Assembly (NCBI GenBank): GCA_025352005.1
Contig: JANXUE010000312.1
Location: forward strand, 1 to 48,223
Length of the DNA: 48,223 nt
Origin: Frankiales bacterium
GTDB lineage: Bacteria > Actinomycetota > Actinomycetes > Mycobacteriales > SCTD01
Direction of reading: 5' to 3'
Made by a program: the position numbers and the translations under genes. Position 1 is the first letter of the stretch. Every line of letters begins with the position of its first letter. The notes below the pieces were generated by a model. It had not been told where the DNA came from, searched no databases, and was given only the letters and a program-made list of their open reading frames with translations. This document shows positions 8,909 through 17,603 of the stretch, one piece after another.

Positions 8909-10300
8909 TCAGGCCACCCTGAAGCGGACCGACCGCGTCAGCGGGTTGGCTTCGGTCAGGACGATGTCGACGGTCTTGCCCAACCGGAGCGCCTGGCCGT
9001 CGAGCTTGCCACGTACCGCCGGGTCGGTGATCTGGACGGTTCCGCCCTGGTGATTGGCCTCCACGACCACCCCGCGGAAGCCCTGGCCGACCCGGTGCTG
9101 CAGGACCATGGCCTCGGCCAGGTCGACGACGGCCCGGTCGAGGGCGTGCGCCCGGTGGTCGGCCGTGGCCATCTCGGCCGGAAGGGCCGGCAGCCTCTCC
9201 CTCGCCCAGGAGGGGATCTCGGTGCTCGCGCACAGGGCGACGCACACCTCCCCGACGTACCGGTCGGCGAGGCGGCGCAGGGGCGCCGTGCAGTGGGCGT
9301 AGGGCGCCGCGACGGCGCTGTGCGTCTGCAGCTCCGGCAGGGTCCCGTCGAAGGCGGTGTACGCCGCACCGCGCAGCAGCCTGGTCGCCAAGGTCAGGAG
9401 CGCGGCGGCAGCCGGCTGCGCCGGGTCCAGACCGCTCAGGACGTCGCCGTACGGCGTGCCCTCGGGCCAGGCGACCCCCAGCGCGAGGGCGCTGCGGCGC
9501 AGGCTGTTCACCGACTGCGGGTCCGGCATCGGGAGGGTGCGAAGCAGGCCTACCCTGCCGTCGAGCATGACCTTTGCGGCAGCCATGCCGGTGAGCAGGC
9601 TGAGCTGGGCGTTCCACTGCTCGCACGGCAGCTGCGCCCGGTAGGTGAGGTTTCCCTCGGCGTCGACCTCCTGCTCCGGAGTGGGGAGGTCGACGGCGTC
9701 GCGTCGACGGGCATCGGCCTGCCGGAGCTGCCCGATCTCCCTGAGCAGCAGCAGGTCTGCTGACGCCGACCCGTCGTCGATCATCGCCTGCACTCCCGGG
9801 TAGTCGAGCTTGCGTCGGCTCCGGACAAGGGCTCTGCGCACGTCGGTGTGCGCAAGCACGCCCTCGGTGTCCAGGGTCAGCGTCCACACGAGAGCAGGCC
9901 GGTCCTGGTCGGCGAGCAGGCTGGCCCGGTCCTCGCAGAGCACCGGGGGGTGCAGCGGCGAGCGCTGGTCCGGCGCATAGAGCGTCTCGCCCCGCAGGTG
10001 GGCCTCGACGTCGATGGCTCCCCTCGGGACGACAAAGGCGGCCACGTCGGCGATCGCGTAGCGCACCAGGTAGCCGGTGTCGGTCTTGCTCAGCGCCATC
10101 GCCTGGTCGAGGTCGGTGCTACCGACCGGGTCGATCGTGAGGAACGGGACGTCCCGCAGGTCATGCTCGGGCAGCTGCGGGTGCACCGCGTCGGCCTCGG
10201 CCAGCACGGCGGGCGGGAAGTCCCCCGGCACCTGCAGCTCGGCGCGCAGCGCATCCCAACCGGGAATCGCCGTGGGCAGGTGGACGCGAAGGCTCGGCAC
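8909..10300 (-). CDS. RNB-domain ribonuclease (RNase II/R family)
   Basis: 463 aa. FLTIDPVGSTDLDQAMAL and HSAVAAPYAHCTAPLRRLADRY are hallmark RNB catalytic motifs. No obvious S1 or CSD extensions. Confidence 0.85.
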   Translation of the reverse strand: MPSLRVHLPTAIPGWDALRAELQVPGDFPPAVLAEADAVHPQLPEHDLRDVPFLTIDPVGSTDLDQAMALSKTDTGYLVRYAIADVAAFVVPRGAIDVEAHLRGETLYAPDQRSPLHPPVLCEDRASLLADQDRPALVWTLTLDTEGVLAHTDVRRALVRSRRKLDYPGVQAMIDDGSASADLLLLREIGQLRQADARRRDAVDLPTPEQEVDAEGNLTYRAQLPCEQWNAQLSLLTGMAAAKVMLDGRVGLLRTLPMPDPQSVNSLRRSALALGVAWPEGTPYGDVLSGLDPAQPAAAALLTLATRLLRGAAYTAFDGTLPELQTHSAVAAPYAHCTAPLRRLADRYVGEVCVALCASTEIPSWARERLPALPAEMATADHRAHALDRAVVDLAEAMVLQHRVGQGFRGVVVEANHQGGTVQITDPAVRGKLDGQALRLGKTVDIVLTEANPLTRSVRFRVA

Positions 10301-10340
10301 TCCCGGACTCTACGGTCCGCCTACCTGTGATGATGGTCCG

Positions 10341-11402
10341 ATGCGCGCCCTTGTCTTTGACGTGTACGGCGGGCCCCTCACCGTCCGGGAGGTTCCCGAC
10401 CCGGTTGCCCCCGTTGGAGGGGTCGTCGTCCGGGTGGGGGCGACCGGGATCTGCCGCAGCGACTGGCACGGCTGGCAGGGCCATGACCGGTCGATCACGC
10501 TGCCCCACGTGCCAGGTCACGAGCTGGCCGGGACGGTCGAGACGGTCGGGTCCGGGGTCACCCGGTGGGCGGTCGGCGACCGCGTGACCGTTCCGTTCGT
10601 CAACGCCTGCGGCCGCTGTCCCCGGTGCGCCGCCGGGCAGCACCAGGTCTGCGACGACCAACGCCAGCCGGGCTTCACCCACTGGGGGTCGTTGGCGGAG
10701 CTGGTCGCTCTCGAGGCCGCCGACGTCAACCTGGTCCGCCTGCCCGACGACCTGCCCTTCGCGGTGGCGGCGAGCCTGGGGTGCCGCTACGCGACGGCGT
10801 ACCGGGCGGTGGTGCAGGTCGGGCGGGTACGCGCGGGCGAGTGGGTCGCCGTGCACGGCGTCGGCGGGCTGGGCCTATCGGCGGTGCAGGTGGCGCTCGC
10901 CTCCGGCGCCCAGGTGGTGGCCGTCGACGTCAACCCACGAGCGCTTGCCCTGGCGGCCTCGATGGGCGCCCACGTCGTCCACGGACCGCCCGCACCAGAG
11001 CAGGTTCAGGCGCTGACGGGCGGAGGGGCGCACCTGTCACTGGACGCCTTCGGCAGCCAGCAGACCTGTGCCGACTCGGTCCTGTGCCTGCGCACGCAGG
11101 GTCGGCACGTACAGGTGGGGCTGCTTGCGGAGGACCCGGTCGTGCCGATGGGCCGGGTCCTCGCCCGCGAGCTGGAGCTGCTCGGCAGCCATGGGATGGC
11201 TGCGCACGCCTACCCGCAGCTGCTGGCCCTGGTGCGTTCCGGACGGCTGCGGCCGCAGGACCTGCTCACGCGGGAGCTGTCGCTCGACGAGGCGGCAGCC
11301 GGGCTCGCGACGGTCGGCGAGCCGGGCGGGATCTCGGTGGTCACCCGCTTCCGCTTTAAGCAGCAGCAACCGGCGTCGGGAGATCAACCGAAGAAGACCT
11401 GA
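10341..11402 (+). CDS. Zinc-dependent alcohol dehydrogenase family oxidoreductase
   Basis: Start ATG 10341 (MRALVFDVYGGPL) lies inside the longer track ORF. It has the catalytic Zn motif GICRSDWHG..GHELAG, the structural Zn cluster CGRCPRCAAGQHQVC, and the Rossmann motif VHGVGGLG. Confidence 0.88.
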   Translation: MRALVFDVYGGPLTVREVPDPVAPVGGVVVRVGATGICRSDWHGWQGHDRSITLPHVPGHELAGTVETVGSGVTRWAVGDRVTVPFVNACGRCPRCAAGQHQVCDDQRQPGFTHWGSLAELVALEAADVNLVRLPDDLPFAVAASLGCRYATAYRAVVQVGRVRAGEWVAVHGVGGLGLSAVQVALASGAQVVAVDVNPRALALAASMGAHVVHGPPAPEQVQALTGGGAHLSLDAFGSQQTCADSVLCLRTQGRHVQVGLLAEDPVVPMGRVLARELELLGSHGMAAHAYPQLLALVRSGRLRPQDLLTRELSLDEAAAGLATVGEPGGISVVTRFRFKQQQPASGDQPKKT

Positions 11403-12409
11403 GCCTCGGCGTAGCGGTCGAGCGGCACCGTCTTGAGCTCACGGGTCGCGTCGGCGAGCGGGACGCGCACGATGTCGGTACCGCGCAGCGCGACCATCAC
11501 ACCGCTGTCACCCTCGTGGACGGCGTCGATCGCATGCAGCCCGAAGCGCGTGGCGAGGATCCGGTCATACGCCGTCGGTGTGCCTCCGCGCTGCACGTGC
11601 CCGAGCACGGTCTGGCGCGACTCGAACCCGGTCCGGGCCTCGATCTCCCGCTCCAGCACCGCCCCGATCCCACCGAGCCGCACGTGCCCGAACGCGTCGA
11701 GCTCCCCGGCCTGCAGCGCAAGCGTGCCCTCCGCCGGTTCGGCTCCCTCGGCGACCACGATGATGGGCGCGTAGTGCCGCTTGAACCGCGCGGTCACGTA
11801 CTCGCAGACCAGATCGATATCGAACGGCCGCTCGGGGATCAAGATGACGTTGGCCCCTCCGGCGAGGCCGGAGTGGAGCGCGATCCAGCCCGCATGCCGT
11901 CCCATCACCTCCACGATGAGCGCCCGGTGGTGCGACTCGGCCGTGGTGTGCAGGCGGTCGATCGCGTCCACGGCGATCTGGACGGCCGTGTCGAAGCCGA
12001 AGGTGTAGTCGGTCGCACCGAGGTCGTTGTCGATGGTCTTCGGGACGCCGACGACGTTGATCCCGTGCTCCGCGAGCTGCGTGGCCACGCCCAGCGTGTC
12101 CTCCCCGCCGATCGCGATGAGGGCGTCGATCCCGAGCTCGCGGAGGTTGGCCTCGATCCTCTCGACGCCACCGTCCACCTTGATGGGGTTGGTGCGCGAG
12201 GACCCCAGGATGGTCCCACCCCGCGGCAGGATCCCACGCACCTGCGGTACGCCGAGCTCCATGGTCACGCCCTCGAGCGGACCCCGCCAGCCGTCACGGA
12301 AGCCCACGAACTCGTGCTCATAGACCTCCACGCCCTTGCGCACCACGGCCCTGATCACCGCATTCAGCCCCGGGCAGTCGCCCCCACCAGTCAGTACACC
12401 GATCCGCAT
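11384..12409 (-). CDS. pfkA: 6-phosphofructokinase (ATP/PPi-dependent)
   Basis: 341 aa. MRIGVLTGGGDCPGLNAVIR, IGGEDT and PKTIDNDL motifs. Confidence 0.93.
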   Translation of the reverse strand: MRIGVLTGGGDCPGLNAVIRAVVRKGVEVYEHEFVGFRDGWRGPLEGVTMELGVPQVRGILPRGGTILGSSRTNPIKVDGGVERIEANLRELGIDALIAIGGEDTLGVATQLAEHGINVVGVPKTIDNDLGATDYTFGFDTAVQIAVDAIDRLHTTAESHHRALIVEVMGRHAGWIALHSGLAGGANVILIPERPFDIDLVCEYVTARFKRHYAPIIVVAEGAEPAEGTLALQAGELDAFGHVRLGGIGAVLEREIEARTGFESRQTVLGHVQRGGTPTAYDRILATRFGLHAIDAVHEGDSGVMVALRGTDIVRVPLADATRELKTVPLDRYAEAQVFFG

Positions 12410-12461
12410 GCCAGCGACGCTAACGGGTCAAGGGCAAGGCGTCAGCGGTCGAAGCTAAGTT

Positions 12462-13511
12462 GTGCCCCTGCTTCGTCGTACGGCGATCACCGCTGCCCTG
12501 GTGACCGCTGCGCTGCTGGCAGGTGGGCTGCCCGCCGGCGCGGCCCCCCGCGCCCAGCCGACGGCTCCGCCACTGACGGCCGCCGACCTGCCGCGGCTGA
12601 CGGCCGAGCTCGCCGCGGTCACCACCCACGCGCAGCAGCTGAGCAACGCCCTCGACCAGGCGGCGGCCCGGGACGGCGGCCTGCGCGTTGCGTTCGGACG
12701 CCTCGACCAGGCCCGCGTGCAGGCCCAGGACGCCCTCGACAGCCGGGCGCGGCAGGTCTACATCGCCTCGACGCCGAGTCCGGTGGGCGACTGGCAGACG
12801 ATGTTCGCCGCCCCTGAGCTCAAGGAGCTTGCCCGGCGCGGCGAACGCGCGGCCTTGACCGTCGACCAGGGCCTCGTCGATGCCGTGACGGTCCGCGCCG
12901 CCGGCTTTAAGGCCCTGCAGCGGCAGGCCAACGCTTTCCGGGCCCGGCTGCTCGTGCAGGCCGAGGCGGTTCTTGCCGACCAGGACCGCGCCCGGACGCT
13001 GCTCGCGCAGGCGCAGGTCCTGGCGGACGCTGCGCAGGCCGTCGAGGTGGCCCGCCGGCTCGCCGCGCAGCGCGCCGCCCTCGACGCGGTCTCGACCCAG
13101 GTGACGCTCGCCCTCACCCCCACCCAGACGGCCCGCTCACACCGGGCCCTCACCGGCCAGGCCGGCGTCATCGCGCTGCTCGAGGCCACCGGCAGCGGCA
13201 TCCCGCTCGGCTACGCGCGCAACGGCCAGGCCCTTTCCGGCACCGCGTCCTGGTACGGCCCAGGGTTCGTGGGCCGCCCGACAGCCTCGGGGGCGCCGTA
13301 CGACCCGGAGCGGTTGACCTGCGCGAACAAGGAGGTCCCTCTTGGGACGGTCCTGCATGTCAGTGCGAACGGCCTGTCGATCAACTGCCTCGTGAACGAC
13401 CGCGGCCCCTACGTCGGGGCCCGCGTCCTGGACATGTCACGGGCCGGTTCACGAGCCCTTGGCTACTCTGGTCTGGCACAGGTGACGGTCGAGGTCCTCG
13501 TGCCGGTGTGA
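12462..13511 (+). CDS. Secreted RlpA-like (double-psi beta-barrel) lytic transglycosylase family protein with coiled-coil N-terminal region
   Basis: GTG start. Signal peptide (ITAALVTAALLAGGLPAGAAP), an Ala/Gln-rich coiled-coil region, and a C-terminal DPBB domain: SWYGPGFVGRPTASGAPYDPERLTCANKEVPLGT..VNDRGPY. Confidence 0.8.
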   Translation: MPLLRRTAITAALVTAALLAGGLPAGAAPRAQPTAPPLTAADLPRLTAELAAVTTHAQQLSNALDQAAARDGGLRVAFGRLDQARVQAQDALDSRARQVYIASTPSPVGDWQTMFAAPELKELARRGERAALTVDQGLVDAVTVRAAGFKALQRQANAFRARLLVQAEAVLADQDRARTLLAQAQVLADAAQAVEVARRLAAQRAALDAVSTQVTLALTPTQTARSHRALTGQAGVIALLEATGSGIPLGYARNGQALSGTASWYGPGFVGRPTASGAPYDPERLTCANKEVPLGTVLHVSANGLSINCLVNDRGPYVGARVLDMSRAGSRALGYSGLAQVTVEVLVPV

Positions 13512-13556
13512 CCCGTCCGGCAGCGGGTAATGCCTGGGACACAGACCTAGGGAGCG

Positions 13557-14750
13557 GTGAGCGTAATCAGGCTAGGCAGGTGGACCACCTCCAGTCCGCA
13601 CTTCGTCCAGGGCGGCTCCTTGGCATGGGTGCTGGCTTCGGTCGCCCTCGCCACCACGGCCTTCGGTGTGGCGAGTGCCGCCACCTGGTCCCACGCCTCG
13701 TCGGTGGCCCGCCCGGCTTCGAAGGGGCAGTCACCCGCCCCTGACGCGTGGGTCGCCCGGCTGAGCGCCGGTGCCCCTGCCGGCGCGCCGACCCTCACCG
13801 CCGAGCCGGTCATGGTCACCAACCCCGTGGCTGCAACACCCGCGCTGGTCTCGGCGTTGGCCGCGAACGGCATCCCGCAGGTCGCGCTGAACGCCTACCG
13901 CGTCGCGGCCGCCCGCATCGACCAGGCGCTGCCGGACTGCCACATCGACTGGTCATCGATCGCCGCCATCGGGCGAGTGGAGTCCGACCATGGCCGGTTT
14001 GCCGGCGCGGCCCTTCAGGCGGACGGGACGTCCCTACCGCCGATCATCGGGCCGGCCCTGGACGGACGCGGTTTCGCCTACATCGCCGACACCGACCAGG
14101 GGCTGTACGACGGCGACACGACGTACGACCGCGCGGTCGGACCCATGCAGTTCATCCCCAGCACCTGGAGCAGTTACTCCGTCGACGGCAACGCTGACGG
14201 GACGGCCACTCCGCTGGACATCAACGACGCCACGCTGGGGGCGGCGCACTACCTGTGCATCGCCGGAGGCGATCTGAGCTCCGAGGCCGGACAGGCGCGT
14301 GCCGTGCTGGCCTACAACCACTCCGACGCCTATGTGGCCGAGGTGCTGGCGCTCGCACAGGGCTACGCCAACGGAACCCAGGTGGATGCACCGTTGATCG
14401 GCTCCACCTCCGGACCGGTCGCCGCCCCCAACGGCGACTACCAGGCGCCGGCCGCCCCAGGCCCCGCACCCGCCGCTTACCCCTCGGGACGTACCTCCCG
14501 TCAGGGTCCGGCGGCCAAGCCGGGGACGGCGCCACAGCCCGCACGCCCGGTCGCCTCAGCCCCGGCGGCTCCCCGGACGGGGGCCACCCCAGCTCCTAGC
14601 CAACCGCGGCAGCCCGCGCCCTTGCCGAAACTGCCCGCATCACCCGCGCCCGGCCCCACGGTGGCTCCTCCCGTAGTCGTCGGACCGGGGCTGCCGTCCG
14701 GCACCCCGTCCCCGACCTGCCTGCTTCCACCCATCTGCCTGACGTCCTGA
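13557..14750 (+). CDS. Lytic murein transglycosylase (SLT/MltB-like) with proline-rich C-terminal tail
   Basis: N-terminal TM/signal segment, then IGRVESDHGRF, GPMQFIPSTWSSY and LAYNHSDAYV motifs. The C-terminal ~100 aa are Pro/Ala-rich. A GGGAG Shine-Dalgarno sequence precedes GTG 13557. Confidence 0.8.
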   Translation: MSVIRLGRWTTSSPHFVQGGSLAWVLASVALATTAFGVASAATWSHASSVARPASKGQSPAPDAWVARLSAGAPAGAPTLTAEPVMVTNPVAATPALVSALAANGIPQVALNAYRVAAARIDQALPDCHIDWSSIAAIGRVESDHGRFAGAALQADGTSLPPIIGPALDGRGFAYIADTDQGLYDGDTTYDRAVGPMQFIPSTWSSYSVDGNADGTATPLDINDATLGAAHYLCIAGGDLSSEAGQARAVLAYNHSDAYVAEVLALAQGYANGTQVDAPLIGSTSGPVAAPNGDYQAPAAPGPAPAAYPSGRTSRQGPAAKPGTAPQPARPVASAPAAPRTGATPAPSQPRQPAPLPKLPASPAPGPTVAPPVVVGPGLPSGTPSPTCLLPPICLTS

Positions 14751-14769
14751 CAGCCGCCCTCGGTCAGCA

Positions 14770-14796
14770 CTCGCAGACACCGTTGCCGACTGCGAG
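14770..14796. terminator. Hairpin between convergent genes (7-bp stem ctcgcag/ctgcgag, 13-nt loop)
   Basis: Perfect inverted repeat 14770-14776 / 14790-14796 in the 76-nt convergent spacer. Confidence 0.35.
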
Positions 14797-14826
14797 CAGC
14801 AGCGCACCAGACGGCCCGCCCAGCCC

Positions 14827-15312
14827 TCAGAGCGTCAGGCCGAGCAGGTAGGCCCGCTCGGCGAGGGCCTCGTAGCGGACCTTCACGTGCCGGGCGTCGT
14901 GCAGGGCGTCGTGCAGCCCGCCCGGCTGGGCGGGCAGCGCCGGTCGGCCGAGGTGCTCCCAGAGCTGCCGAACGTCCATGGTGAACCGGGGGAAGGCGCG
15001 CGGGAGTGACGGCATGTCCCCCCAGAGCTGGCACAGCGCCACGTGGTCGTAGGCGCCGAACCACGCCCACCACACCGGGTCGTCCCCGAAGAACTCCACG
15101 AGCTCTGCGGCGATGACCGAGCGCGGCTTCCACGACGACGCCGGGGGGAGCTGCGGGAGGACGTTCTCGCGCACCCATGGGTGCACCGCGAGCGGGTCGA
15201 AGTCCGCCGACACCGCGGCGTACTCCCTGCCGTCCTCGGCGACCACGCCGATCGACACGAACGTCACCACCGACGCGGTGTCGCCGAACTCGAGGTCATA
15301 GAAGAAGCGCAT
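14827..15312 (-). CDS. DEDD 3'-5' exoribonuclease, RNase AS type (polyadenylate-specific)
   Basis: The real start is ATG 15312 (MRFFYDLEF...), inside the longer track ORF. It has IGVVAEDGREY, WAWFGAYDHVALCQLWG and HDALHDA. The close resemblance to mycobacterial Rv2179c is from memory. Confidence 0.88.
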   Translation of the reverse strand: MRFFYDLEFGDTASVVTFVSIGVVAEDGREYAAVSADFDPLAVHPWVRENVLPQLPPASSWKPRSVIAAELVEFFGDDPVWWAWFGAYDHVALCQLWGDMPSLPRAFPRFTMDVRQLWEHLGRPALPAQPGGLHDALHDARHVKVRYEALAERAYLLGLTL

Positions 15313-15330
15313 CACCGTATTCTCCCAGCC

Positions 15331-16122
15331 ATGACTTTCAGCATCGTTGCCAAGGACGGTTCCCAGTGGGGTGTGGCCGTCGCCTCGAAGTTCCTGGCCG
15401 TGGGGGGCGCCGTACCGGCTGCGCGGTGGGACGTCGGAGCGATCGCGACGCAGTCCTTCGCCAACCTCGCCTACCGGCCCGACGGCCTGCACATGCTGGC
15501 CGAGGGGAGCACCGCGCAGCAGACGCTGGACGCGCTCACCGCGGCCGACGCGATCCGCGAGCAGCGCCAGGCCGGCATCGTCGACAGGGAAGGACGGGCA
15601 GCAACCTGGACCGGCGCGGAGTGCAACGCGTGGGCGGGCGGCCGCACCGGCGACGGCTGGGCTGCTCAGGGCAACATCCTCACCGGACCGGAGGTGGTCG
15701 ACGCCCTCGTGAGCACCTACGAAAGCACCGCCGGGTCTCTCGCCCAGCGGCTCACCGCGGCCCTGCTGGCCGCGGACCGTGCCGGAGGGGACCGGCGCGG
15801 CCGACAGAGCGCCGCTCTGCTCGTGGTCAGCGAGGGCGGCGGCTACGGCGGTGGGTCGGACGTGCTGGTGGACCTGCGGGTCGACGACCATCCCGACCCG
15901 GTTGTCGAGCTCGGCCGCCTGCTCGAGCTGCACACGCTCTACTTCGGCAAACCGGAGCAGACCCTGCCCCTTGAAGGGGACCTGGCCGAGGAGGTGGCCG
16001 CGAAGCTGCGCATCCTCGGCCACGAGGACCTGGACGCCTGGGTCGGCGTCGAGAACTACGAGGAGCGGATGGTCCCGGGGGCGATCGACGTGCTGGTGCT
16101 CAAGAAGCTGCGAGAAGCGTGA
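15331..16122 (+). CDS. DUF1028 family (Ntn-hydrolase fold) protein with C-terminal peptidoglycan-binding-like region
   Basis: Start ATG 15331 gives the family-typical N-terminus MTFSIVAKD..GVAVASK. It also has GDRRGRQSAALLV. The stop overlaps the next start as GTGA. Confidence 0.82.
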   Translation: MTFSIVAKDGSQWGVAVASKFLAVGGAVPAARWDVGAIATQSFANLAYRPDGLHMLAEGSTAQQTLDALTAADAIREQRQAGIVDREGRAATWTGAECNAWAGGRTGDGWAAQGNILTGPEVVDALVSTYESTAGSLAQRLTAALLAADRAGGDRRGRQSAALLVVSEGGGYGGGSDVLVDLRVDDHPDPVVELGRLLELHTLYFGKPEQTLPLEGDLAEEVAAKLRILGHEDLDAWVGVENYEERMVPGAIDVLVLKKLREA

Positions 16123-17591
16123 GCGTCCTCGCCATCGACTGCGGCACCACCGGTGTGACGGTGCTCGTGGTCAGCGAGGACGGCCGGGTCCGCAGCCGCG
16201 GCTACCAGGAGTTCCCGCAGCACTTCCCTGAGCCGGGCTGGGTCGAGCACGAGCCGGAGGAGATCTGGGTCGCGGTGATCTCGGCCTCCCGGCAGGCGCT
16301 TGACGGGCACGAGGCGGACGTGACGGCCGTCGGGCTGACCGTCCAGCGCGAGACCGCCTGTTTCTGGGACCGCACGACGTTGCAGTCGGCACGCCGCGCC
16401 ATCGTCTGGCAGGACCGTCGCACCAGCCACCTCTGCGACCACATGAGGCAGCACGAGCCGCGAATCGCCGAGCTGACCGGCTTGCGCCTGGACCCCTACT
16501 TCACGGCCACCAAGCTGGCCTGGGTACGCCGGCACGACCGTCGTACGTGGGAGGGGGTGCAGGAGGGCCGCACGGCCATCGGGACCGTCGACTCCTACGT
16601 CGTGGCCCGCCTGTCCGGGGGCCGCGCACACGTCACGGACGCCAGCAACGCCAGCCGCACGTTGCTGTTCGACCTTCGCACCGGCGACTGGTCGGACGAG
16701 CTCTGCGAGCTGTTCGGCGTCCCGCGCAGCGCCCTGCCGAGGATCGTGTCGTCGTACGGCGAGATCGCCCGCACCGACCCGACGGCGTTCCTCGGGCTGG
16801 ACCTGCCGGTGGCGGGCATTGCCGGCGACCAGCAGGCGGCGCTGTTCGGGCAGGGCTGCTTCGAGCAGGGTCGCAGCAAGTGCACCTACGGCACGGGGTC
16901 GTTCGTGCTGATCAACACCGGGAGCACACCCGTGCTGTCCGAGCGGCTGCTGACAACGGTGGCGTGGCGGGCCCCTGACGGCGCGCTCACCTACGCCCTC
17001 GAGGGTGCCGTGTTCGTTACCGGCGCCGCCGTGCAGTGGCTGCGCGACGGGCTGCAGGTCATCGGCCACGCGGCGGAGATCGAGTCCCTGGCCCGCCAGG
17101 TGCCCGACAGTGGCGGGGTCGTGTTCGTTCCCGCGCTGACCGGACTCGGCGCCCCGCACTGGGACCCCGAAGCCCGTGGCACGGTCCTCGGCATCACCCG
17201 CGGTACGACGCGCGCCCACCTCGCGCGGGCCACCCTCGACGCGATCGCCTTCGAGGTTCGCGACGTGGTGGACGCCATGACGAGCGAGGCCGGCTGCGTG
17301 CTCGACACCCTGCAGGTCGACGGCGGCGCAAGCGGCAACGACCTGCTGTGCCAGCTGCAGGCCGACCAGCTCGGGGTGGCCGTCCAGCGGCCACAGGTCC
17401 TCGAGACGACGGCGCTCGGAGCCGCTTTCCTGGCCGGCCTGGGTACCGGGGTCTGGTCGAGCCCGCAGGAGCTCGTGGACACCTGGCGGCTCGACCGGCG
17501 CTTCGAGCCGGTCCCAGGAGTGCGGGACGACGGGACGCATACCCGGTGGACCCGAGCCGTCGAGCGCAGCAAGGGCTGGGCGACGCAGTAG
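16119..17591 (+). CDS. glpK: Glycerol kinase (FGGY family)
   Basis: 490 aa. LAIDCGTTG, GWVEHEPEEIW, GDQQAALFGQ and the C-terminal FGGY pattern. Confidence 0.88.
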   Translation: MSVLAIDCGTTGVTVLVVSEDGRVRSRGYQEFPQHFPEPGWVEHEPEEIWVAVISASRQALDGHEADVTAVGLTVQRETACFWDRTTLQSARRAIVWQDRRTSHLCDHMRQHEPRIAELTGLRLDPYFTATKLAWVRRHDRRTWEGVQEGRTAIGTVDSYVVARLSGGRAHVTDASNASRTLLFDLRTGDWSDELCELFGVPRSALPRIVSSYGEIARTDPTAFLGLDLPVAGIAGDQQAALFGQGCFEQGRSKCTYGTGSFVLINTGSTPVLSERLLTTVAWRAPDGALTYALEGAVFVTGAAVQWLRDGLQVIGHAAEIESLARQVPDSGGVVFVPALTGLGAPHWDPEARGTVLGITRGTTRAHLARATLDAIAFEVRDVVDAMTSEAGCVLDTLQVDGGASGNDLLCQLQADQLGVAVQRPQVLETTALGAAFLAGLGTGVWSSPQELVDTWRLDRRFEPVPGVRDDGTHTRWTRAVERSKGWATQ

Positions 17592-17603
17592 CCAGCCTGC
17601 CGG

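Noticed and set aside
11384-11402. A 19-nt overlap of the convergent 3' ends of the Zn-ADH and pfkA genes, with no terminator room.
   Set aside because: Convergent end overlaps are fairly common in compact GC-rich genomes. Nothing beyond the overlap itself is visible.
12410-12461. A c-di-AMP (ydaO-type) riboswitch upstream of the cell-wall hydrolase genes, as seen for some actinobacterial rpf/hydrolase genes. The spacer at 13512-13556 was also checked.
   Set aside because: The spacers are only about 52 and 45 nt, too short for that element, and no conserved riboswitch motifs are visible.
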